A DNA stretch of 64,000 nt from an uncultured Acidimicrobiia bacterium (GCA_963720675.1 CAVRGH010000010.1:1020695-1084694), one strand, 5' to 3'; counted from the first letter of the stretch, positions 29,901 to 41,130 are shown. Numbers and translations: made by a program. The notes: generated by a model not told the origin, from the sequence alone.

Positions 29901-30252
29901 GCCGAGACGCTCTACGCCATCCTCGCCCCCTGGGCCGGCCAGATCGCCTGCAACCGGATCTTCGCCCAGGGCCCGGTCGACGGTGGCCTGGGGCGACTGG
30001 CGCGGCTGCTCGGCCGCTACGAGGAGGCCGAGGCGTTCTTCACCGCGGCCGAGGAGCAGTCCATGGCACTGGGCGCGGACATCTTCACCGCGCAGGACGA
30101 TGTGTCGCGGGCGAAGCTCGCCGCGAGCGCGCGACGATCACGCCGAAGCCGTTCGGTACGCGACCCGGGCACTCGAGAGCGCCCGGGAGCACGGTTTCGG
30201 CGACGTCGAGCGTCGCGCGAGCGCGCTCCTCGAGGCTCTCGCCGGCGCCTGA
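26954..30252 (+). pseudogene. class III adenylate/guanylate cyclase - STAND (AAA) ATPase - TPR signalling protein; frame broken five times in the last 1.5 kb
   Basis: Cyclase domain: VVFTDLVGSTQMSSRLG...KNLGDGLMVVF...RVGFSTGDATEEDSDYFGEPVVEAARL. P-loop LAGEPGIGKTRLS and LVLDDLHWAG. The TPR-like tail is recovered by hopping frames near 28783, 28988, 29185, 29233 and 30130, and ends ...RASALLEALAGA* at 30252. TTG start 26954 has an AGGAGGA Shine-Dalgarno sequence. Confidence 0.8.
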
Positions 30253-30267
30253 CGACCGAGGATCGAC

Positions 30268-31594
30268 CTACTGCGTGAGCTCCACGTCGACGACGTTCTT
30301 CGGGTTGCAGTCGAACGTCCCCGGCTTCTTCGGGTGGACCCGGACGAACTTGCCGCCCTGCACCTGGAGCAGGGTGTAGCACCCGCTCGGTGTCCGGGCA
30401 CCGATGTCGGTGGCCGCGAGCATGCCGCCGGCGTCGAAGTTCTTCGTCTTCGACAGCCCCTCGAGGATCTTCGCCCGCGTGATGCCGTTGACCCCGTCCT
30501 GCGCCACGATCTCGTCGACCACCTGCTTGAAGAGCATGCCGGCCGCCCAACCCGTCTCACCGAACGCGTCGGCGTTGTCGATGCCGACGTACTTGATGTA
30601 GCTCTTCAGCGCGGCGTTGCTCTTCGTCTCGTCGAGCGGCAACGTGTTGAGGAAGGAGTACTGGTCCTCGACGTCGGCGCCGCCAGCGGTCAGGAACTCG
30701 TCGCTGTAGCAGGAGCGCGAGCAGTCCCAGACCTTCACCTCGCTCAGCCCCTGCAGCTTCGCCTCCTTGCGCATCGCGACCACCTGGGCGTACCCGGCGA
30801 GTGAGTACAGGTACGAGACGCCATCGGCCTTCGCCGCCGCGACGATCGGGGTCAACGAGCTCTGCGGCGCACGTGCCGACACTCCGTAGAAGCCCTCGCC
30901 GTCGAGCCCGACACCGAGCTGCTCGACGGCGTCGCAGTGCACCTGTCCTGTCGTCTCGGTCGATTTGAGATCGGACGGCCCCACGCAGATCCCGTGGAGA
31001 TCCTTGTTCTGTGAGACGTAGTACCGGACCTGACCCATCGCGGACCGGTAGGTCTGCGTCGGGTCGTCCTTGGTGGTGCAGTCGAGCTGCGGCGGACTGA
31101 CCGAGTACGACACCGGCGAGCACTGGTGGACGAGCTCCTGCGAGAAGGTGTTGATGTCGGGCAGCCCGGTCGCCGTACCGGTCGAGTCCTTGCAACCGAC
31201 CATGTCGTCGACGTTGTTCATGAAGACGACCGCAGTCCCGACCATCGCGAGGTCCTCGTTGCACGCCGTGATCGTGGCGTTGCGCGCCTCGTCGGCGTTC
31301 AGTCGCGAGTCGATGAAGTCGATGACGAGCTTGCGGCCGGCAATTCCACCCTTGCCGTTGACGAACTTCGCGTACGCCGCGCATGGCGTCGACCTGGCTC
31401 TTGAACTGACCCGGCGAGAGCGGGTTGTCGACGTCCGCGATCACCGCCACCCGGATCTGGTCCTTGGTGATGCCGATCTCACCGGCGGACGGCTTCTCGC
31501 TCTGCGCCCCGGCCGGCGCGACTGCGACCAGCAACGACGCTGCCAGCAACGCTGCGAGCAACACGGCCTGCACGGCCTTGCGGTTCGACTTCAT
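30268..31594 (-). pseudogene. type I periplasmic-binding-fold ABC substrate-binding protein (Liv-like), lipoprotein/secreted; one frame break
   Basis: MKSNRKAVQAVLLAALLAASLLVAVAPAGAQS...IRVAVIADVDNPLSPGQFKSQVDAM, then a break near 31380, then AYAKFVNGKGGIAGRKLVIDFIDSRLNADEARNA...(ORF 30268-31245). There are ten Cys in the mature part. No permease or ATPase genes are adjacent. Confidence 0.7.
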
Positions 31595-31667
31595 CGACTC
31601 CCCCTCGGATCGTCGGGGGAACGTAACAGAGCGACCGCCGGCCCATGGCGCGCGATCATGACCGGCG

Positions 31668-32516
31668 GTGGACCCGGACGCAGCCCTCGAGGCCCTCTAT
31701 GGTGCCGCGCCCGAAGCGTTCGTGCCCACCCGGACCCGTCTGGTCGCTGAGCTCCGCGCCGCCGGGGCGGCGGAGGCCGCGGCGAGCCTCCAACGACTCC
31801 GGCGACCGCCGCTGGCGGCGTGGGCCGTGAACCAAGCCGCGCGCCGGGAACCCGAGGCGCTCGCCGAGCTGTTCGCCGCCACCCACGACCTCGCGGTCGC
31901 GCAGCGCGAAACGCTCGCGGGAACGGCCGGCTCCGAGGAGCTACGAACCGCGACGCGTCGCCGGCACGATCTGCTCGGCACGCTCGCCGACGCCGCGATC
32001 AGCGCACTCGCCGGCCACGCGCCGAAGCCGGCAACCCACCGGGACGCGATCACCGACACCTTCGACGCCGCCACGCTCGATCCGGATGCCGCGGAGGCGC
32101 TCCGCGCCGGCCGGATCACGCAACCCCTCGTCGCGCCGGCGACCTTCGGTCCGCTCGATACCCCCACCCCTCCCCGGATGCCATCTTCCCGCCCGGCCCG
32201 CCGACCCTCGGCACGTCAGATCGCCAAGGCCGAGCGCGACCTCGAGACCGCCCGGCGCGATGCGGAACAGGCCGCCCGAGCCGCAGAGACTGCGGAGTCC
32301 GAGGTCGTGAGCGCCGACCTCGCCACCGAGAGCGCGCTGTCGCACCTGCAAGAGGTGGACCGAGCACGCGATCGTGCACGCGACGAGCTCTCGAGCGCGA
32401 GCTCGAGACTCACGGCCGCGCAGCGCGCGGCGATCACGGCACGCACCGCTCTGGACGAGGCGATCCGCGCCGTCGCGGCGCGCGAGGCCGCGCTCGCCGA
32501 CGTGCGCGGGGAGTGA
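31668..32516 (+). CDS. hypothetical protein, Ala-rich with C-terminal coiled-coil-like segment
   Basis: A 282-aa ORF with protein-like composition (LEALYGAAPEAFVPTRTRLVAELRAAG...). The tail reads AKAERDLETARRDAEQAARAAETAESEV.... I recognise no family. Confidence 0.5.
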   Translation: MDPDAALEALYGAAPEAFVPTRTRLVAELRAAGAAEAAASLQRLRRPPLAAWAVNQAARREPEALAELFAATHDLAVAQRETLAGTAGSEELRTATRRRHDLLGTLADAAISALAGHAPKPATHRDAITDTFDAATLDPDAAEALRAGRITQPLVAPATFGPLDTPTPPRMPSSRPARRPSARQIAKAERDLETARRDAEQAARAAETAESEVVSADLATESALSHLQEVDRARDRARDELSSASSRLTAAQRAAITARTALDEAIRAVAAREAALADVRGE

Positions 32517-32623
32517 ACCGGCGGCTCGGCGTCGCTTCCGCCCGAGGCCGGCCGTCCGTCCGCCGACCAGGCCCACGCTCTCTGGCTGGCGCCGGGCACA
32601 CCTCGCCCTGCTACACCTGACGT

Positions 32624-33685
32624 TTGGTGGATGAGGGGATCCCGCTCGACGCGGCAATCGCGCTCGACGACGCGAGGCTCGCAGAGGGCCTCGGGCGCTG
32701 GCTGGCGCACCACCGCGACGTCGACCACGTGACGGTCGACGAGCTGGTACGCCCAACGGTCGGGTACTCGAGCATCACGGTCCTGTTCCGCGCCCGCTGG
32801 GAGCGCGACCGGCCCGAGACCGAGCACCTGGTGTTGCGCATGGGCCCCGCCCGGGCCGGTCTCCACCCCGACTACGACCTCGCGGTGCAGCACGCCGCGC
32901 AGGAGGCCGCCGGCACCGCCGGCGTCGCCGTCGCGGCACCGCTCGTGACCGAGCTCGATCCCACCTGGCTCGGCGCGCCGTTCACGGTCATGCCGCGCGT
33001 CGACGGTCACATCATCGGCGAGGTGCCGGCGTTCGACCCCTGGGTCGAAGGGCTCGGAGCGGCCGGACAGGCCGAGCTCCACGAACGGTTCCTCGACACC
33101 CTCGGCTGCATCCACGGGGCGGCAGTCGAACCGGCTGCCGCAGCCGGTGTGCCGATCCGCGACGATCTGGCGGAGCTGGCCCACTGGGACGAGTACCTCC
33201 AGTGGTCTTCGGACGGAGCACCCGTGCCCGCGCTCACCGATGCCCTCGACTGGTGCCGAGCCCACGCCCCGGAACGCAACCCCGCCGCTCGGCCCGTGCT
33301 CTGCTGGGGGGACGTGCGATTCGGCAACGTGGTGTTCGGCGACGACCTCCGGCCGCGGGCCGTCCTGGACTGGGACATGACCGTGATCGGGGCGCGGGAG
33401 CACGACGTCGCCTGGTTCACGGCCCTCACCTCGACGATCGTCTCGATGACCGGTCGGCGCGTCGAGGGCTTTCCCGACCGGGACGACACCATCGCTCGCT
33501 ACGAGGAGCTCACCGGCCGGGCGCTGCAGGACTTCGACTGGTACGAGACCTTTGCGTTGGTGCGCAGCACCGCGATCATGACGCGCATCGGGTACCTCGC
33601 CCGAGCAGCCGGCGAGCAGCAGATGATGGACATCGAGGACAACCCGCTCCTGGACCTGCTGCGCGAACGGACCGCGAACCGGTGA
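32624..33685 (+). CDS. phosphotransferase (APH/choline-kinase-like) family protein
   Basis: Kinase catalytic loop VLCWGDVRFGNVVF and LDWDMTVIGAREHDVAWF. Intact, 353 aa. Coupled (GTGA) to the next gene. Confidence 0.75.
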   Translation: MVDEGIPLDAAIALDDARLAEGLGRWLAHHRDVDHVTVDELVRPTVGYSSITVLFRARWERDRPETEHLVLRMGPARAGLHPDYDLAVQHAAQEAAGTAGVAVAAPLVTELDPTWLGAPFTVMPRVDGHIIGEVPAFDPWVEGLGAAGQAELHERFLDTLGCIHGAAVEPAAAAGVPIRDDLAELAHWDEYLQWSSDGAPVPALTDALDWCRAHAPERNPAARPVLCWGDVRFGNVVFGDDLRPRAVLDWDMTVIGAREHDVAWFTALTSTIVSMTGRRVEGFPDRDDTIARYEELTGRALQDFDWYETFALVRSTAIMTRIGYLARAAGEQQMMDIEDNPLLDLLRERTANR

Positions 33686-35348
33686 CGGACACGACGACCG
33701 GCAACCGCGCGAACACGGTGGCGGCACTCCTGGCGCGGCGTGCGGACGACGACACGACCGGAATCATCGTCGACGACCACTCCTGGACCTGGCGGGAGGT
33801 GGTCACCGAGAGCGAGCGGTGGGCCGGGGCCCTCGAGGCCCTGCGGCCTGCCACCGGCCCGTTCCACGTCGGCGTGCTGCTCGGGAACCTCCCCGAGTAC
33901 CTGTTCGCGCTCTTCGGTGCCGCCCGCATCGGCGCAGTCACCGTCGGGATCAACGAGACCCGCCGTGGTGCGGAGCTCGCGCCGCGACATCCGCCACACC
34001 GATTGCATCGCCGTGCTCACCGATGAGCCCCACGCTCCGTTGCTCGCCGGCCTCGACCTCGGTGACACGTTGGTGCTCGACATCGGGAACGGGGACTGGC
34101 AGACCCGGCTCGCGACCGCGCCACCCCTCGAAGCCGTCGACGTTCGTCCCGAAGACGTGTTCATCCTCATCTTCACCTCGGGGTCCACCAGCGCACCCAA
34201 GGCGGTGAAGCTCTCGCACGCTCGGGCGGCCCGCGTGGCGAACGGGTCGACCTGGTTCACGCCCGACGACGTCCTCTACTGCGCGATGCCGCTGTTCCAC
34301 GGGAACGCGCTCAACGCGATCGTGTTCCCGGCGTTGGCGTCGGGTGCGGCGATCGCGCTGCGCGAACGCTTCTCGGCCTCGCAGTTCATGCCTGATGTCC
34401 GCCGGTACGGGGCGACGTACTTCAGCACCGTCGGACGCGCGCTCGCATACATCCTCGCTACCCCCGAGTCGCCGCAGGACCGTGAGCACCGGGTGACGTA
34501 CGGGCTCGCACCGGAGTCGTCACCACGCGACATGCGTGCGTTCAAGCAGCGCTTCGGGATCCCGTGCGTGGCGGGATACGGCTCGAGCGAGAACGTCATC
34601 ATCATGGAGCCGCGCCCCGGCCTCCCGAAGGACGCGCTCGGTGTCCCCCAGGCAGGGGTCGACGCAGCAGTGGTCGATCCTGAGACCGGCGACGAGCGAG
34701 CGGCGGCCCGCTTCGACACCGACGGCAAGCTCCTGAACGGCGCGGAGGCCATCGGCGAGATCGTCGGCCGCAACGTCGTCGACCGGTTCGAGGGCTACTA
34801 CAACAATCCGGAAGCCGAGGCGGAGCGCACGCGCAACGGCTGGTACTGGTCCGGCGACCTCGGGTACCGCGACGAGGCCGGCGTCTTCTACTTCGCCGGC
34901 CGCGCCGGCGAGTGGCTCCGCGTCGACTCGGAGAACTTCGCGACCGCGCCCGTCGAGCGCATCCTCGGCCGCTTTCCGGGGGCGAGCGGCGTGGCGGTGT
35001 ATGCGGTCCCCGACGAGCGCACGGCCGACGACCAGATCATGGCCGCGCTCGAGCTCGAGGCGGACACGCGAGTTCGACCCCGCCGCCTTCGGCGCCTTCC
35101 TCGCGGCGCAGCCCGATCTCGGCACCAAGTGGGCGCCCCGCTACGTACGGATCACGACCTTGCCCGTCGGCGCGACGAACAAGGTCGACAAGCGGCCACT
35201 GCGAGCCGAGCGGTGGTACACCGACGATCCCCTGTACTGGCGGTCCGCACCGAACTCGGAGTACCACCCCTTCACCCGCGACGACCTCACCGCGCTCGAG
35301 GCCCGCTTCCTCGAGTTCGGGCGCCCCGATGCGATCGGACGACCATGA
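33682..35348 (+). pseudogene. AMP-dependent acyl-CoA synthetase/ligase; frame broken twice
   Basis: AMP-binding motif ILIFTSGSTSAPKAVKLSH, plus GYGSSE, WYWSGDLGYRDEAGVFYFAGRAGEWLRV and the C-terminal PVGATNKVDKRPL. The gene is spread over three + frames (ORFs 33202-34026 tail, 33740-36250 middle, 35001-35348). The breaks are near 33982 and 35063. Confidence 0.8.
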
Positions 35349-36540
35349 CGAACACCGACATCTTCCCCGTCGACTTCTCGAAGCCGGGCATGTTCCTGCG
35401 CGACGACTACTACGACCTGCTCGCCGACCTGCGAGCACGCCCCGATCTCCCGTTCTACGAAGCCGGATCCCGCCTGGTCGCTCGGTACGCCGACATCCGC
35501 GAGATCAGCCGCGACCCGGGGCGCTTCTGCTCGGGACGCGGCGTGCTCGCCAACGACCCGCTCCGCGAGGGTGGCAGCGTCGAGGGCTCGATCCTGCACC
35601 TCGACCCGCCCCGCCATGCCGAGTACCGCCGGCTGCTCAACCGTGAGTTCACGCCCCGTGCGGTCGGCCGCATGGAAGACCGCGTCCGGAGCCGCACCCG
35701 CGGTCTGCTCGATGCCATCCCTCGGGGCGAAGCGGTGGATCTGGTGGACGTCCTCGCTGCGCCGCTCCCCGTGATGGTGATCGCCGACATCCTCGGCATC
35801 CCCGAGTCCGAGCGTTCCGAGTTCCGACGCTGGTCGGACGCGACGATCCTGGCGTCGGACGGGCAGTCCGCGCTGCCGCCCGATGCGGTGCAGTCGTTGA
35901 TGGAGCTGATGGAGTTCCTGCAGGCGCACGCCGAGCGGCAGCGCGACAGATCCGGGCAGCGACGTCGTCTCGCTGCTCGTGCAGTCGGAGATCGAGGGCG
36001 AGCCGCTCTCGGCCGGCGAGCTCGTGACGTTCAACCTCTCGCTGCTCGTCGCCGGCAACGAGACCACCCGGCACCTGATCTCCGGCTCGCTCCTGGCGCT
36101 CGCCGAGCACCCCGACCAGCGAGCCCGCCTCGCGGCCGAACCGGACGCCATGCCCGGCGCGATCGAAGAGTGCCTGCGCTGGGTGACGCCGATCCAGCAG
36201 TTCGCCGCGCACGGTCGTCGCCGACACGACGGTCGGTGACATCGAGGTAGAGGCCGACGAGTACTTGCTGATGCTCTACGCGAGCGGCAACCGCGACGAA
36301 GCAGCGTTCGGACCAACCGCCGACCGGTTCGATGTGTTCCGCCCGGTCGCGACACCGAATCTCGCGTTTGGATTCGGGGAGCACCTCTGCCTCGGTGCCG
36401 CACTCGCGCGCCTCGAAGGTCGCGTCCTGCTCGAGGAGCTCCTCGCCCGCTTCCCCGAGTACGAGATCGCGGGGCCCGGGGAGCGGTCGAGCTCGAGCCT
36501 CGTGCGCGGCCACGAGCGCCTCCCGATTCGTTTCCCCTGA
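35345..36540 (+). pseudogene. cytochrome P450; frame broken twice
   Basis: MTNTDIFPVDFSKPGMF...LHLDPPRHAEYRRLLNREF; I-helix LLVAGNETTRHLISG; EECLRW (ExxR); heme loop FGFGEHLCLGAALARLE. The breaks are near 35947 and 36208. Confidence 0.85.
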
Positions 36541-36588
36541 GGCGACGCATACCCGCCACGCGCGCCGGCGCGTGGCAGATTTGCACTC

Positions 36589-38182
36589 GTGCCCGCCCCC
36601 AGGTCCAAGGCGCTGATCCTGGTCGCGACGGGTCTCGGGCTCTTCATGATCTTCCTGGACGCCACGATCATCAACGTGGCGCTGCCCGCGATCCAACGCG
36701 ACTTCCACGTCGGCGAGAACGACCTCCAATGGGTGGTCGCGGCCTACAGCCTCACCATGGCGATGTTCATGATGACGTCGGCGACGTTCTCGGACTCGTT
36801 CGGGCGGCGCAGGGCCTACCTCGTCGGGATCGTGGTCTTCTCCGCCGCGTCGCTGGCGTGCGGACTCGCACCGACCGTCGAGGTGCTCAACGCGACCCGC
36901 GCGCTCCAGGGGGTGGGCGCGGCCATCGTGAACGTCGCGTCGCTGGCCCTCGTCGGCGCGGCCTATCCCGATCCGGCCGACCAAGGCCAAGGCGGTCGGC
37001 CTGTGGACCGGCATCGCCGCCGTCGGCCTCGCCATCGGTCCCACGCTGGGCGGGGTGCTCACCGACACGCTCGGGTGGAGATGGATCTTCCTCCTGAACC
37101 CGATCGTCGGCGGCGTCGCGGTGGTCCTGACGCTCGCGTACGTCAGCGAGTCGAGCAGCCCTGGCGCGCGAGCGTTCGATCCGGCCGGCCAGCTGTTGTT
37201 CATCGCAGGAATCGGCGCGCTCACCTTCGCGCTGGTGCAGGCCCCGGTCGACGGGTTCAGCTCGTCGCTCATCATCGGCCTGCTCGTCGGCGCGATCGCG
37301 ATCCTCGCGCTGTTCGCCTGGGTCGAGCTGCGCGCCCGCGACCCGATGATGGACGTGCGCGTGTTCGCCGACCTGCCGTACACGGGCGCGATCTACACCG
37401 TGTTCGCGGTCCTGTTCTGCACGTATGGGACGCTCCTGGTCGTCACGCAGTACTTCCAGAACGTCCGGGGCTACAGCGCGGAGCTGACCGGACTGCTCCT
37501 GCTGAGCTTCTCGCTGCCGACCATCGTCATGGCACCCGTCGCCGGCCGGCTCGCCGCGCGATTCGGTGGTCGTCGACCCACGCTGGCCGGTATCGCCCTC
37601 GTCTGCCTGGCCACCGCGACGCTCGCGATCGGCTCGGGGCACGACCTCGGGATCACGGTCGCGGGCCTGTTGATGGTCGGGCTCGGCGCCGGACTCTCGG
37701 TCGCGCCCGCCACTGCGGTCGCGATGGCATCCATCAGCCCGGACCGTTCTGGGATGGCCTCAGGGATCCTGAGTGCGCAGCGCGCGCTGGGGTCGACCGC
37801 GGGCTTCGCCGTCATGGGAAGCCTGCTGGCGCTCGTCGTGTCCGCGCAGCTGCCCGGCAACCTCGAGCACGTGATCCCACGCGCGGCCGAGCGCCGCGAG
37901 GTCGTCCGCGACGTGGTCGACGCCTCGAACCCCCAGGCGGTCCCTTCGGTGATCGCACGGGCACCGAGCGCGTCGTCCGACATCTCGAGCCGAGCAGACA
38001 TCGTCGCGGCCGCCGACGGCGCGTTCGACGACGGTATCCGCCTCGCCGAGCTGGCCGGTCTCGTGCTCGCGCTCGCCGCGCTCGTCTTCGGCTGGTTCGT
38101 GTTCCCGCGCGCGGTGAAGCGCGAGCACGAGGAGGAACTGACCGAAGCATCCGACCTCGAGCCCGCGGGACCGAGCGGCTGA
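36589..38182 (+). pseudogene. MFS transporter, DHA2/EmrB-like (14-TMS type); one frame break
   Basis: LILVATGLGLFMIFLDATIINVALPAIQRDF...LSDSFGRRRAYLVGIVVF, then a break near 36985, then KAKAVGLWTGIAAVGLAIGPTLGGVLTDTLGWRWIFLLNP... (ORF 37055-38182). Confidence 0.8.
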
Positions 38183-38209
38183 AGGAGCGGGTCTCGCTCC
38201 GCGCCACAT

Positions 38210-39238
38210 TCAGGCGTCGACGCGGAAGCGTTCCAGGCGCTCGATGCACTCCGCGGTGAGCGCCGGGATCGAGGTGTACCAGTTCCCCTCCGCCTCGCCG
38301 TCGGTCGACTTCAGCATCCGCTTGATCAGCAGCGACGTCGCGGCCGCCTCCTTGTAGCGGATCAGGCAGTGGAACCACTCGAGGTTCGACGGCGTGGAAC
38401 CCGACTCGGCGACGTACGCCGCGAGCAACACGTCCGCTCGGGGCATCCCGGTCGGTCCCGGGTTGCTCGCCATGGGGTGCTCTGCCTCGTCCGTGAAGAA
38501 GAGGAACCACGCGAGGTCCAGGCGCGGGTCCGAGAGCGACCAGATCTCCCAGTCGATGAGCGCGCTCACGTCGCCGCCGTCACAGAGCATGTTGCCGAGC
38601 CGGTAGTCGCCGTGACAGACGGCATCGGGGAGCGCTGGGGGCATGCGGTCGATCAGCAGGGCCTCGGCCTCCTGGTACCGCGCACTCATCCGCTCGTCGA
38701 CGGTCTCGAACGCTCGGGTCCAGCGTCGGATCTCCGCCTCGAGCGACGTGTGCTGCTCGGCACCGAGCCCGACCGCGACCGGATCCACGCGGTGGAGCGC
38801 CGCGAGCATTCGCGCGGCCGCGAACGCGCGGTCGGGCACGTCCGGCATGACGTCGGGCGACGGCGCCTCGAACAACGGCTCGAGGCATTCACCCGCAACC
38901 ACGTTCATCGCGTGGAACGGTGGGACTTCGGGTGGATCGCCGACGTCCTCGAAGTACACCGTCGGCACGCGCACGCCGGGCGCACCGAAGAGCGCTCGCA
39001 TCAATCGGGCCTGGCGGGCGACGTCGCGGTTGCGGACCGGCTCCAGGCCGGGCGGCGCGACCTTGAGCACGATGCGCTCGCCGGCCACGGGTCCGCCCGT
39101 CACGAGGCCGGTGAACGTCAGGCTCGACGAACCGCCGGTCAGCGGTTGGACGTCGGAAATGCTGCTGCCGGGTGCCCAGCCCTGCGCCGCGGAGGTCGCC
39201 CGATCGGCCAGCTCGTCGAGCGCGAGCTCGGTGGACAT
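38210..39238 (-). CDS. phosphotransferase (APH-like) family protein
   Basis: From ATG 39238: MSTELALDELADR...LTGGSSSLTF...AVCHGDYRLGNMLCD...LIDWEIWSLSDPRLDLAWF. Confidence 0.75.
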   Translation of the reverse strand: MSTELALDELADRATSAAQGWAPGSSISDVQPLTGGSSSLTFTGLVTGGPVAGERIVLKVAPPGLEPVRNRDVARQARLMRALFGAPGVRVPTVYFEDVGDPPEVPPFHAMNVVAGECLEPLFEAPSPDVMPDVPDRAFAAARMLAALHRVDPVAVGLGAEQHTSLEAEIRRWTRAFETVDERMSARYQEAEALLIDRMPPALPDAVCHGDYRLGNMLCDGGDVSALIDWEIWSLSDPRLDLAWFLFFTDEAEHPMASNPGPTGMPRADVLLAAYVAESGSTPSNLEWFHCLIRYKEAAATSLLIKRMLKSTDGEAEGNWYTSIPALTAECIERLERFRVDA

Positions 39239-39263
39239 GGGTGTGAACCTCCCGCTCGACCTA

Positions 39264-40023
39264 CTACTTGGGTGCGAAGTGCTGTCCACCGTCGAGGCGG
39301 ATGCACGAACCGTTGAGCATCGGCGTCTCGACGATCGCCACCACGAGCCGGCCGTACTCCTCCGGGCGACCCATCCGCTTCGGGAAGGCTGCGTCCTTGG
39401 TGAGCTTGCTCGCGAAATCGTCGGGGATCCCCTCGGTGATGCCGGTGCTGAACAGACTCGGAGCGATCGCCATCACGCGGATGCCGAGCGTCCCGAGGTC
39501 GCGCGCCATCGTCAACGCCATCCCCGCGATCCCCGCCTTCGCCGCGGTGTACGCGACCTGGCCGATCTGACCCTCGAAGGCCGCGATCGACGCCGTGTCG
39601 ATGATCACGCCGCGCTCGCCGTCCTCGGGTTCGTTGGTCGACATGTGCGACGCCTGCAGCCGGTTCAGATTGAACGTTGCGATCAGGTTGAGGTCGACGA
39701 CCTGGCGGAACACGTCGAGCGGGTGCGGCCCCTCCTTCGAGAGCGTCCGCATCACGGTGCCACCGCCGGCGGTGTTCACCGCGATGTCCAGACCGCCCAA
39801 CTGCTCGACCGCGTCCGCCAGCGCGACCTCGGTCCCTTCGAAGTCCGTGACGTCGACGGGGTGGAACGAACCGCCGAGCCCGCCGGCGACCTCGGCACCC
39901 GCCGACGTCTCGAGGTCGAGGATCGCGATCGAGGCGCCGCGCTCGTGCAGCATCTCGGCGGCTCGCACGCGCCATACCGGAGGCCCCGCCCACGACGACT
40001 GCCTTCTTCCCTGTGATCTCCAC
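39264..40023 (-). pseudogene. short-chain dehydrogenase/reductase (3-hydroxyacyl-CoA dehydrogenase type-2-like); one frame break near the 5' end
   Basis: (V)EITGKKAVVVGGASGM, then a break near 39960, then AEMLHERGASIAILDL...NTAGGG...YTAAKAGIAGMALTMARDLGTLGIRVMAIAP (YxxxK). Confidence 0.8.
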
Positions 40024-40089
40024 GCGCCTCGCTGCTCCTCGGTCGACGGTCCCGTGACGCTAGGGGCCCGACCGCGCCCGCGCCGAACT

Positions 40090-41130
40090 TCAGCCCCTTG
40101 GACCTGCCGGGGTGATCGGTGGCAGGTCCGCCGTGGCCAGGACGCCCGGCGGCGCGGCACACACGTAGGGGACCGCATTCACGGGCCGGTTCGCCGTGTA
40201 GGCGGGAGTGTGGGACCCGAGCTCCTCGACCGGGATCGGGAACGGGAGCGCGACGTCGAACGGAGCGTCACCGTGCACCTGCACCCGCCAGCCGGTCGGC
40301 CGGAGATCCCACGCCGGCTCCACGTCGGTGATGCAGTACCAGCTCGCGGTGAAGCGCACCGCCTCGGTGCCGTGGCTGCTCCCGATGAGCGTGTTGCGCT
40401 GCGCTGCGACGGAACCTGCGGCCAGCTCACCGGCGACGATCGAAGTCGTCTGCCGCGCCACTGCGACTTCGCCGGTGCAGGTCCAGTCGTCGACCGGACG
40501 GTCGGCGGCATCGGCGAGCACTCCGAGCGCGGGTCCGAACTCGCCGAGCAGGTACGACGCTCGCTTCGGGCTGTAGGTGTCCGGCGATCGCCCAAAGCCC
40601 ATCTGCTCGAAGAGCAGGTGGGGTGAGTCGCGCTGGGAGAGGTCGGCGTACTCCTCGATCGAGACGGCGTCGACGCGCCGCTGGAGCGACAGCAGTGCGA
40701 ACGGGAGGGCGTCCGTGATGAAGCCCGGGCTGCTCCCGGTCGCGTACACCGAAGCGCCGCCGCGTGCGCACGCGGCCAGCACACGCTCGCGCTCCTGCCC
40801 TTCCAACCCGGCTTGGGAGAGCCCGCCGCAGGTGGTGACGATGTTGGTGCCGACATCGAGGAGTGCCACAACGTGGTCGAGATCGATCGCACGCGCCATG
40901 TACAGGACGCAGTCGGCCCCGAGTGCGACGATCGACGAGGGATCCGCGGTCGCTTGGATCCCTGTCGATGGCTCACCGCAGATCGCGCCGGCATCGACGC
41001 CGACCTTGGCCGGATCGTGCACGAGCACGCCGACGAGCTCGAGAGAAGGATGGCGGATCACCTCGCGCAACGCGCGCGTTCCGATGTTGCCCGTGGCCCA
41101 CTGCACGACGCGGTATGTCGGCGTGCTCAC
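40090..41130 (-). CDS. NAD(P)-binding DapB-N-terminal-like oxidoreductase (amine-dehydrogenase-type family)
   Basis: MSTPTYRVVQWATGNIGTRALREVIRHPSLELVGVLVHDPAKVGVDAG.... Intact, 346 aa. Confidence 0.6.
   Translation of the reverse strand: MSTPTYRVVQWATGNIGTRALREVIRHPSLELVGVLVHDPAKVGVDAGAICGEPSTGIQATADPSSIVALGADCVLYMARAIDLDHVVALLDVGTNIVTTCGGLSQAGLEGQERERVLAACARGGASVYATGSSPGFITDALPFALLSLQRRVDAVSIEEYADLSQRDSPHLLFEQMGFGRSPDTYSPKRASYLLGEFGPALGVLADAADRPVDDWTCTGEVAVARQTTSIVAGELAAGSVAAQRNTLIGSSHGTEAVRFTASWYCITDVEPAWDLRPTGWRVQVHGDAPFDVALPFPIPVEELGSHTPAYTANRPVNAVPYVCAAPPGVLATADLPPITPAGPRG

Noticed and set aside
26954-30379. The track's single 1141-aa ORF, taken at face value as an intact protein. The same applies to the 836-aa ORF 33740-36250 and the 682-aa ORF 15800-17848.
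   Set aside because: Only part of each is real coding frame. The rest is out-of-frame Arg-rich read-through, or a chimera of two genes (ligase middle + P450 N-terminus; methyltransferase + antisense of the AKR gene).
36981-36992. CCAAGG CCAAGG tandem hexamer at the MFS frame break.
   Set aside because: A 6-bp duplication cannot change the frame. It encodes the expected KAKA segment after the break and is only useful as a landmark.
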